Shown here in pieces: positions 29,510 to 37,613 of a stretch of 64,000 nt of DNA; the first letter of the stretch is position 1; each line of letters starts with the position of its first letter. Under the pieces are notes generated by a model, which searched no databases, was not told where the DNA came from, and saw nothing but the letters and a program-made list of their open reading frames with translations. Location of the stretch: contig OY762926.1 in assembly GCA_963666735.1 (NCBI GenBank), positions 448,001-512,000 of the forward strand, written 5' to 3'. The translations under genes and the position numbers were made by a program. Source of the DNA: Gemmatimonadota bacterium. GTDB lineage: Bacteria > Gemmatimonadota > Gemmatimonadetes > Palauibacterales > Palauibacteraceae.

Positions 29510-31348
29510 GTGGAGCCAACAAACGTCGGGAATCCCGACTACTACCATAAGGTCGTGGATTGTCAGTGGGCCTGCCCGGCCCACACGAACGTACCGGGTT
29601 ACATCCGCCTCATCGCGCAGGAACGGTACGACGACGCCTACATGCTCAACTGGGAGTCGAACGTCTTCCCGGGCATCCTCGGCCGGACGTGCGACCGCCC
29701 CTGCGAACCCGCCTGCCGGCGCGTAAGGGTCGAGGAGAAGCCGGTCGCGATCTGCCGCCTCAAGCGCGTCGCCGCCGATCTCCGGGGCGACATCACCCCC
29801 CGCTTCCCGGATATCCCGAAGAAGAAGAACGGAAAAAGGATTGCATGCGTGGGCTCGGGTCCCGCGTCGCTGACCGTCGCCCGCGACCTCATGCCGCTCG
29901 GCTACGAAGTCACGATCTTCGAGAAGAACGACCGGCCGGGCGGCCTCATGTGGACGAACATCCCGCAGTTCCGCCTGCCCCCCGAAGTGCTGTGGGAGGA
30001 GATCGACTACATCCTCGACATGGGCGTGGACATCCGCTACAACGCGCCCGTCGAAAGCATGAAGTGGCTGCTGGAGCAGGATTTCGACGCGGTTTTCGTC
30101 GGCTCCGGCGCCCCGCGCGGCAAGGAACTGCGCCTGCCGGGCCGGTACGATACGGACCACATCTACATCGGCATCGACTGGCTCGAATCCGTCGCCTTCG
30201 GGCACACGAACTCCATCGAGGAGAACGTGCTTGTCATCGGGGTCGGGAACACGGCCATGGACTGCTGCCGCACCTCGAAGCGGATCGGCGGCACGAACGT
30301 CAAGGTGATGGCCCGCAAGTCGAAGCCGTACTTCAAGGCTTCCCCCTGGGAACTGGAGGACGCCGAGGAAGAGCGGGTGGACATCGTCGAGAACCACTCG
30401 CCCACCGAGTTCGTCGTTGAGGACGGCGTCCTCAGGGGGATGAACTTCGACATCGTGGAGTGGCACGAGAACGACCAGGGCCGGCTCGTCTCGACCAAGC
30501 TTGACGAGATGTTCTTCCCGGCGGAAGCCGTGATTCTCGCCATCGGGCAGGAGACGGCCTTCCCCTGGATCGAGGACGACGCGGGAATCGAGTTCAACAA
30601 GTGGCGCGAGGCTGTCGTCGACCGCGCGACGTTCATGTCGACGCGCGAGGGCGTCTTCTTCGGCGGCGACGCGGCGTGGGGCCCGGAGAACATCATCTGG
30701 GCGGCCGAGCACGGGCACCAGGCGGCGATCTCCATCCACGCCTACTGCAACGGCGAAGATCTCCGGAAGCGTCCGCCCGAGCGCATGAACCTGGTCAGCG
30801 CCAAGATGGGGCTCCACGAGTGGAGCTACTCGAACGACTACGAGTACGCCGCACGGCGGAAGATGCGGCATGTCCGCCTGGAGGAGCGTCTCAAGAGCAT
30901 CGAGACGGAAGTGGAGGAGGGGTTCGACCTCGAGCAGACGCTGACGGAGGTCGAGCGCTGCCTGAACTGCGACATCCAGACGCACTTCACGGGGAATCTG
31001 TGCATCGAATGCGACGCCTGCATCGACATCTGTCCGCTCAGCTGTCTCACGATCACGCACAACGGGGAAGAAGCGGAACTCCGCACGCGGCTCACCGCGC
31101 CCGCCGAGAACGCGGACCAGGACATCTACGTCTCGGAGTCGCTGCCGCAGACGGCCCGCGTCATGGTGAAGGACGAGGACCTCTGCATTCACTGCGGGCT
31201 GTGCGCGGAGCGTTGTCCGACGGCGGCCTGGGACATGCGGACCTTCGATCTGCTCAAGCCGTACGCGGGGCAGGACGCGGAGCACCCCTACTCCGGGATG
31301 GGAATCGAGGAGATGTCGCCGGGCGGCTCCGTTTCGGTGACTCCCTGA
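29510..31348 (+). CDS. GltD-like FAD/NAD(P) oxidoreductase with C-terminal 2x[4Fe-4S] domain (KorC-like)
   Basis: CQWACP, GRTCDRPCEPAC, GSGPA, GVGNTAMD, CIECDACIDICP, CIHCGLCAERCP. Confidence 0.9.
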   Translation: MEPTNVGNPDYYHKVVDCQWACPAHTNVPGYIRLIAQERYDDAYMLNWESNVFPGILGRTCDRPCEPACRRVRVEEKPVAICRLKRVAADLRGDITPRFPDIPKKKNGKRIACVGSGPASLTVARDLMPLGYEVTIFEKNDRPGGLMWTNIPQFRLPPEVLWEEIDYILDMGVDIRYNAPVESMKWLLEQDFDAVFVGSGAPRGKELRLPGRYDTDHIYIGIDWLESVAFGHTNSIEENVLVIGVGNTAMDCCRTSKRIGGTNVKVMARKSKPYFKASPWELEDAEEERVDIVENHSPTEFVVEDGVLRGMNFDIVEWHENDQGRLVSTKLDEMFFPAEAVILAIGQETAFPWIEDDAGIEFNKWREAVVDRATFMSTREGVFFGGDAAWGPENIIWAAEHGHQAAISIHAYCNGEDLRKRPPERMNLVSAKMGLHEWSYSNDYEYAARRKMRHVRLEERLKSIETEVEEGFDLEQTLTEVERCLNCDIQTHFTGNLCIECDACIDICPLSCLTITHNGEEAELRTRLTAPAENADQDIYVSESLPQTARVMVKDEDLCIHCGLCAERCPTAAWDMRTFDLLKPYAGQDAEHPYSGMGIEEMSPGGSVSVTP

Positions 31349-31352
31349 CGGA

Positions 31353-33194
31353 GTGGCCGACATGAAGACGGTCCGCGTGAACGACTTCGCGCTCAAGATC
31401 GGCACCGTGAACGGCACCGGCTCCGCGAGCGCCAACGGCCTCATCATGCAGTCGATTTTCCGAATGGGGGTCCCCGTGTCGGGGAAGAACGTCTTCCCCT
31501 CGAACATCCAGGGCCTCCCCACCTGGTACGAGATCCGCGTGAACCGGTCGGGCCATGTGGCGCGCACGCCGGACTTCGACCTCATCGTGGCGATGAACCC
31601 GGAGACCTACGCCCGGGACATCGAGGAACTCGTCCCCGGCGGCTGGCTGCTGTACGACTCGAGTTGGCCCATGGCGGATACGCTGCGGCGTGAGGACGTG
31701 AACTTCCTCGGCATCCCGCTGGCAGAGATGTGCGTGAGGACCTTTGACGGCGGCCGCACGCGCATCCTGATGAAGAACATCGCCTATACCGGCGCCCTCG
31801 CCGCCCTCCTCGACATGGACATGGCGGTGATCCGCGGACTGCTTGAGGAGACCTTCGGCGAAAGGAAGCGGCACCTGCTCGACGCGAACTTCGAGGCGAT
31901 CCGACTCGGCTACGACCACGCGGCCGAGAATTTCGAGTGCCCCCTGCCGATCCGGCTCGAGGAGATGGATGCCACGCGCGACTCGATTCTGATCGACGGC
32001 AACACGGCGGCGGCCCTGGGCTGCGTGTACGCGGGAGCGACGGTCGCGGCCTGGTATCCGATCACGCCCTCGACCTCGCTCGTCGACGCCTTCACGGCCT
32101 ATTGCCGGCGTCTGCGCGTCGAGAAGGAAACCGGACGGAGCGCGGCGGCGATCCTGCAGGCGGAGGACGAACTCGCGGCGGCCGGCATCACGATCGGCGC
32201 GGGGTGGGCCGGAGCCCGAGCCTTCACGGCGACGAGCGGGGCCGGGATCTCGCTCATGACGGAGTTTATCGGACTCGCCTACTACGCCGAAGTCCCGTGC
32301 GTCTTCTTCGACATCGAGCGCGTCGGCCCATCGACCGGGATGCCGACGCGCACGCAGCAGGGCGACATCCTCCTCTGCGCCTACGCCTCGCACGGGGACA
32401 CGAAGCACCTGTGCCTCTACCCGAAGGACCCGGCGGAGTGTTTCGAGTTCAGCGTGCGGGCGTTCGATCTCGCGGAGCGCTTCCAGACGCCCGTCTTCGT
32501 GCTCTCCGACCTCGACATCGGGATGAACGACTGGGTCGTGCCCCGCTTCCAGTGGGATGACGAGTACACGCCGGATCGCGGGAAGGTGCTCGACGCGGAG
32601 GCGCTCGCGGAGATCGAGACCTTCTATCGCTACCTGGACGTGGACGGCGACGGGATTCCGTATCGCACGATCCCGGGCGAGGATCCGAAGGGCGCCTACT
32701 TCACGCGCGGCTCCGGCCACACGAAGTACGGCAAGTACACGGAGGATCCGGACGAATACCAGGAGGTCATCGACCGCATCGCCGTGAAGATCGACAGCGC
32801 GGCGGAGGCGGTGCCGCCCCCGGAGGTCCGCTCGCGGCCGGGCGCGCGATACGGACTCATCACGGTGGGCGCCTGCGACGGCGCGGTGGGCGAGGCCATC
32901 GAGCGCATGGAGGCGGAGGACGGGCTCCGGCTCGACTACATGCGGATCCGCGGGTTCCCCTTCGCGCCCGAGGTCGCGGGCTTCATCGAGGCCCACGACC
33001 TCAACATCGTCATCGAACAGAACCGGGATGCGCAGTTGAAGTCGCTGCTCACGCTGGAGACGCCGGCCTCGAAGGAACGGCTGGCCTCGGTCCTCCGTTA
33101 CGGAGGGCTTCCGCTGAGCGCGCGCCACGTCATCGCGGGCGTGAAGGATCGCCTCGGTCTCGCAGCGGAGACCGCGGAGGGAGTGGGAGCATGA
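31353..33194 (+). CDS. korA: 2-oxoacid:acceptor oxidoreductase subunit alpha
   Basis: WYPITPST, QAEDE, TATSG, GPSTGMPT. Substrate not proven. Confidence 0.9.
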   Translation: MADMKTVRVNDFALKIGTVNGTGSASANGLIMQSIFRMGVPVSGKNVFPSNIQGLPTWYEIRVNRSGHVARTPDFDLIVAMNPETYARDIEELVPGGWLLYDSSWPMADTLRREDVNFLGIPLAEMCVRTFDGGRTRILMKNIAYTGALAALLDMDMAVIRGLLEETFGERKRHLLDANFEAIRLGYDHAAENFECPLPIRLEEMDATRDSILIDGNTAAALGCVYAGATVAAWYPITPSTSLVDAFTAYCRRLRVEKETGRSAAAILQAEDELAAAGITIGAGWAGARAFTATSGAGISLMTEFIGLAYYAEVPCVFFDIERVGPSTGMPTRTQQGDILLCAYASHGDTKHLCLYPKDPAECFEFSVRAFDLAERFQTPVFVLSDLDIGMNDWVVPRFQWDDEYTPDRGKVLDAEALAEIETFYRYLDVDGDGIPYRTIPGEDPKGAYFTRGSGHTKYGKYTEDPDEYQEVIDRIAVKIDSAAEAVPPPEVRSRPGARYGLITVGACDGAVGEAIERMEAEDGLRLDYMRIRGFPFAPEVAGFIEAHDLNIVIEQNRDAQLKSLLTLETPASKERLASVLRYGGLPLSARHVIAGVKDRLGLAAETAEGVGA

Positions 33195-34264
33195 CGTACA
33201 TCGCCAAGCCGCGGATCTTCCACCCGAGTTTGGAGAAGAACGAACTGGGGCTCACGCGCCGCGACTACGAGGGCGTGATGTCGACGCTCTGCGCGGGCTG
33301 CGGCCACGATTCCGTCACGGCGGCGCTGATCGAGGCGGCGTGGGAACTCGCAATCCCCACGCACCGGGCCGCCAAGATGAGCGGGATCGGCTGCTCGTCG
33401 AAGACCACCGCCTACTTCATGTCCGAATCGCACGGCTTCAACAGCGTGCACGGGCGGATGCCATCGGTGGCGAGCGGAGCGAACGCCGCGAACCGCGACC
33501 TCGTCTACATCGGCGTCTCCGGGGACGGGGACTCACTCTCGATCGGACTCGGGCAACTGTGCCACGCGGTACGGCGCAATCTCAATCTCCTCTACATCAT
33601 CGAGAACAACGGGGTCTACGGCCTGACGAAGGGCCAGTTCTCGGCCTCGGCCGACATGGGCTCGAAGTCGAAGCGGGGCGTGCCGAACGAGCAGCCCCCC
33701 ATCGATCCCGCCCTGCTCGGGCTCTCGATCGGCGCGACCTTCGTGGCCCGGGGCTTCTCCGGCGACAAGGACCAGCTCGTCCCCATCATCAAGGCGGGGA
33801 TCCGGCACCCGGGCTTGGCGCTGGTCGATGTCATCTCTCCGTGCGTGACCTTCAACGACCACGTGGGTTCGACGAAGAGCTACGCCTACACGCGCGAGCA
33901 CTTCCGCGAGGCGGTCGAGGCCGCGTTCGTGGCCCCGAAGGATTTCGTCCCCCCGGCGGACGAGATCACGGCCGACATCGGATCCGCCGATGTGCGCGAC
34001 GTCCGCATGCACGACGGCAGCGTGATCCGCTTCCGCCAGGTGGAGGGCGACTACGACGCGACCGACAGGGACACCGTGTACGGCTACCTGCGCGAGCGGC
34101 AGAACGCGGGCGAGGTGCCGACCGGGCTCCTCTACGTGGACCCCGAGTCAAGGGATCTGCACGACGTGCTGGGGACGGTCGATCGGCCGCTGTGGAACCT
34201 CCCCTTCGAGGACTTGTGCCCGGGAGCGGACGCGCTCGACGCCCTGATGGAGAACTACCGATAG
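33191..34264 (+). CDS. korB: 2-oxoacid:ferredoxin oxidoreductase subunit beta
   Basis: CAGCG, SGIGCS, HGR, GDGD, NNGVYGLTKGQ, SPCVTFN. Confidence 0.92.
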   Translation: MTYIAKPRIFHPSLEKNELGLTRRDYEGVMSTLCAGCGHDSVTAALIEAAWELAIPTHRAAKMSGIGCSSKTTAYFMSESHGFNSVHGRMPSVASGANAANRDLVYIGVSGDGDSLSIGLGQLCHAVRRNLNLLYIIENNGVYGLTKGQFSASADMGSKSKRGVPNEQPPIDPALLGLSIGATFVARGFSGDKDQLVPIIKAGIRHPGLALVDVISPCVTFNDHVGSTKSYAYTREHFREAVEAAFVAPKDFVPPADEITADIGSADVRDVRMHDGSVIRFRQVEGDYDATDRDTVYGYLRERQNAGEVPTGLLYVDPESRDLHDVLGTVDRPLWNLPFEDLCPGADALDALMENYR

Positions 34265-34296
34265 CGGTCGAGGAGCGGGCGGCCCGCCTCGAGGCG

Positions 34297-34683
34297 GTGC
34301 AGCCCGTGCTTCCGTCGCGGGATGTCGCTGCCGCGATCGGCTTCTACGTCGGACGGCTCGGCTTCGAACTCGCCTTCGCCGATTCCACCCGCGATCCGGG
34401 GTACGCCGGCGTGAGGCGGGACGGGATCGAGTTGCACATCCAGTGGCACGACGCGGAGGAGTGGTCCCGCGTCGAGCGGCCCATGCTTCGCTTCGTCGTG
34501 CCCGCGGTCGAGGAGCTGTTCGAGGAATACCGGAACCAGGGGGTCTTCCACGAGCGCACGGCTTTGCGGCGGACACCCTGGGGCACGCGCGAGTTCGCCT
34601 TCTACGACCTCGACACGAACGGACTCACCTTCTACCGCGACCTCGCGGAAGGGGAGGCGTCTGACGAAGACGCGCCGTCGTGA
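34297..34683 (+). CDS. VOC (glyoxalase/bleomycin resistance) protein
   Basis: PVLPSRDVAAAIGFY..LGF and TPWGTREF..D..GL. Start is GTG 34297 or possibly ATA 34261. Confidence 0.85.
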   Translation: MQPVLPSRDVAAAIGFYVGRLGFELAFADSTRDPGYAGVRRDGIELHIQWHDAEEWSRVERPMLRFVVPAVEELFEEYRNQGVFHERTALRRTPWGTREFAFYDLDTNGLTFYRDLAEGEASDEDAPS

Positions 34684-34741
34684 TCGACCCTACGTCTCGC
34701 TGCACTTCATGGGTGCCGACCGCTACGCGACGGACGTCTAG

Positions 34742-35350
34742 TCAGCCCGGGTCGCCCGGGTCGCACACGTAGCGGGACAGGTGCGCGCCGATCAGGGCGC
34801 CGACGACCGGTCCCCAGACGTAGGCCAGCGAGAAGGATCCGATCCCGAGGGCGACCGCAGGGTTGAGCACGCCGTTCGATCCGTGCGCCGCCCATGAAAT
34901 CGACACGACCAGGGCCACCCCGATGACGGCGCCGGTCAGCCGGGCGGGGATGCGCCCCATGAAGACGGCCGCGATCGTGAAGGCGAGGAGCGCGGCGCCC
35001 ATCATCTCGGCGATGCCGGTGCCGGCGGAAACGTCTACGGGAAGCGGGACCGGGCCGGGGAACAGGAGGCCTCCGATGGCGAGGGCCAGTCCGGCTCCGG
35101 CAAACTGCGCCACGATGAACGAGCCGGCGTCCCTGGCAGCGAGCTTGCCGACGGACCAGATGGCGATCGTCACCGCCGGGTTGAGCAGGCAGCCGGACAC
35201 CGGCCCGAGCAGATGAACCAGGACCCCCAGGGTGAGCGCCGCCATCGCCGGCGTCGGGATCGGAAAACCGACATGGTTGATGGAAATCAGCGTGGAGAAC
35301 GCCAGCGCGAACGTGCCCACGAGTTCGGCGGCAACAGCCCTCGGCCTCAT
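34742..35350 (-). CDS. MIP/aquaporin family channel (202 aa)
   Basis: AELVGTF, SGCLLNPAVT, AQFAG, GVLNPAV. Confidence 0.9.
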   Translation of the reverse strand: MRPRAVAAELVGTFALAFSTLISINHVGFPIPTPAMAALTLGVLVHLLGPVSGCLLNPAVTIAIWSVGKLAARDAGSFIVAQFAGAGLALAIGGLLFPGPVPLPVDVSAGTGIAEMMGAALLAFTIAAVFMGRIPARLTGAVIGVALVVSISWAAHGSNGVLNPAVALGIGSFSLAYVWGPVVGALIGAHLSRYVCDPGDPG

Positions 35351-35485
35351 GCTTGCTCCTCGAGCAGGGGATCGTCGCGGGGGCGAACGGCCGCCGGAGC
35401 GGATCTCGGCGAGATGGCGTAGAATCACCGGTGCCAGCATACGACGATTTCGCTGCCGCCGGCCACCGTCCCAGCGAGGAGTCAC

Positions 35486-36514
35486 ATGACCTGGACAGCT
35501 CCCGAGCACTGGCTTCGCATCGAGACGATCGATGCCCACACGGAGGGAGAGCCGCTACGCGTCATCGTGGCGGGCTTCCCGGAGTTGGGGGGGGATAGCG
35601 TCCTCGCGCGGCGTCGCGTCGCGCGAGCGGACCATGACGAACTCCGCCGCGCCCTCATGTGGGAACCGCGGGGGCACGCGGACATGTACGGCTGCCTGGT
35701 GATGCCCCCGGTGCGGCCCGGATCGGACTTCTCCGTCCTCTTCATGCACAACGAGGGCTACTCGACGATGTGCGGCCACGGGATCATCGGCGTGGCGAAG
35801 ATCGCCGTCGAAGCCGGCTGGATCGACGGCTCAGGCGACGAGACGCCGGTAACGATCGACACGCCCGCCGGCCTCGTACGGGCCACCGCAATGCTGGACG
35901 GTGCACGGGTCCGCGAGGTCCGGTTCCTCAACGTGCCTTCCTTCGCCGCCACTCTCGACCGGGTCGTGGAGGTCGAAGGCCTGGGAACGGTTCCCTACGA
36001 TCTGGCGTTCGGAGGCGCCTTCTATGCCTACGTCGACGCGGATGCGCTGGGGCTGCCGCTCACGCCCGCCGGCGCCACCGGCCTGATCGATGCGGGGCGC
36101 CGCATCACGCACGCGGTGTCCTCATCCGCCGGGGGCGACATCTCGCATCCGGACGACCCGGATCTCGGGTTTCTATACGGCACCGTGTTCACTGGCAAGG
36201 CTGCGGATCCCGCGCACCACTCGCGGCACGTCTGCATCTTCGCGGAGGGGGAACTCGACCGGAGCCCCACGGGGACCGCCGTCAGCGGGCGCCTCGCCAT
36301 CCTTCGCGCCCGCGGAGAGCTGTCCGGGGATGCGAAAATCGTCGTCGAGAGCATCATCGGAGGCCGGTTCGGCGGGCGGATCGTCGACACGACGACCGTC
36401 GGCGGGCATCCGGCGGTCGTGCCCGAGGTCGGGGGCCGGGCCTGGGTCACGGGCCGGCACGAGTTCCTCGTCGATCCGGAAGATCCGTGGCGGGACGGTT
36501 TTCTCGTACGCTGA
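35486..36514 (+). CDS. Proline racemase family, Cys/Thr type (probable trans-3-hydroxy-L-proline dehydratase)
   Basis: DAHTEGEP, EPRGHADMYG, MCGH, DRSPTGT. Confidence 0.85.
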   Translation: MTWTAPEHWLRIETIDAHTEGEPLRVIVAGFPELGGDSVLARRRVARADHDELRRALMWEPRGHADMYGCLVMPPVRPGSDFSVLFMHNEGYSTMCGHGIIGVAKIAVEAGWIDGSGDETPVTIDTPAGLVRATAMLDGARVREVRFLNVPSFAATLDRVVEVEGLGTVPYDLAFGGAFYAYVDADALGLPLTPAGATGLIDAGRRITHAVSSSAGGDISHPDDPDLGFLYGTVFTGKAADPAHHSRHVCIFAEGELDRSPTGTAVSGRLAILRARGELSGDAKIVVESIIGGRFGGRIVDTTTVGGHPAVVPEVGGRAWVTGRHEFLVDPEDPWRDGFLVR

Positions 36515-36574
36515 GGAACCGGCGCCGCCGATGAGTTCATGCACGCCCCGGATGCGTCGCCGACAGGAGGCGAA

Positions 36575-37216
36575 ATGCCGCATATCGAGACGGTAGCTCC
36601 CGACGAAGCGAAGGGGCTCGTCGCCCGCGAGTACGAGAAGGCCGTCCGCCGTGCGGGACGCGTCTTCAACGTGATCGGCATCCAGAGTCTGAACCCGCCC
36701 GTCATGCGGGCCTCGATCCAGCTCTACGAAGCGTTGATGCTGACACCAGGACCGCTCGGGCGGGATGTGCGGGAGATGCTTGCGACCGTGACCTCGCGCG
36801 AACTCGATTGCTTCTACTGAACGGAGGCGCACGGAGAGGATCTCCGTCAGGCGACCGGAAACGATGAACTCGCCCGCGCGATCCGCACCGACTATCGGAC
36901 GGCGGGGCTCGACGAGAAGACGCGCCGGCTGATGGACTATGCCGTGGCGATCACGCGCGAGCCGAGCTCCGCCGCTCGGCGCGACATAGACGAGCTCCGC
37001 GAGGTCGGCTGGACCGACGCGCAGATCCTGACCGCGACCGAGGTCGTCGGCTTCTTCAACTACTATGTGCGCATGGTCGAGGCGCTCGGCGTCGAACCGG
37101 AGCCCGAGATGGAGCGGGATGCGGAGGTGTGGCCAACCCCGATCGTCAATGCGGATACCGGGTCGTCATCGTCCATCATCGTCCATCGACCGACGAAACG
37201 GGGGCAGGAGTCTTAG
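36575..37216 (+). CDS. AhpD/carboxymuconolactone decarboxylase-like peroxidase, probable selenoprotein (CFYU, UGA at 36818-36820)
   Basis: ORFs 36539-36820 and 36932-37216 share a frame with no other stop between them. The joined product reads REMLATVTSRELDCFY*TEAHG..LREVGWTDAQI..FFNYYVR. Confidence 0.85.
36831..36847 (+). promoter_or_regulatory. Candidate bacterial SECIS hairpin
   Basis: ACGGAGA-GGA-TCTCCGT, a perfect 7-bp stem. The G-led loop begins 18 nt after the UGA. Confidence 0.6.
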
Positions 37217-37241
37217 ACTTAGAAGCCGGACCTCACAAACG

Positions 37242-37595
37242 TTATCTCGTGGGGTCCTTCCGAGACCGAGCCGTCCGCTGGACCGCGGAACCCACAAGGT
37301 CGCCCGCCCGTTGAAACTCGGCGGTCGGGCTGGATCGGATGAAGTAGGCGCCGGTCAGCGTCCCGTCGGCGTCCGTTATGATGAACCTCCAACCCGCGCC
37401 GGTTCCGGCTAACCGGGCATCGTAGGCGCCGCTGATGTTGGACCGCACCGGGAGCGGCGGAGGGGGCGGGGGCGGAGGAGGCGGCTCGGCCGGCGCCGCG
37501 CAGCCCGTGAACCACAGTACCGCGAGCGGTGTGGATCTTCGACGCCCGATTTCACGCAAGGAGCATCCCCTTGCCGCCGGTTCAACATCAACCAC
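37242..37595 (-). pseudogene. Possible degraded lipoprotein gene with poly-Pro linker
   Basis: WFTGC followed by a run of ten Pro and a short beta-rich segment. Both ends look non-coding. Confidence 0.35.
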
Positions 37596-37613
37596 GTCCT
37601 TCCCATCTACGGC

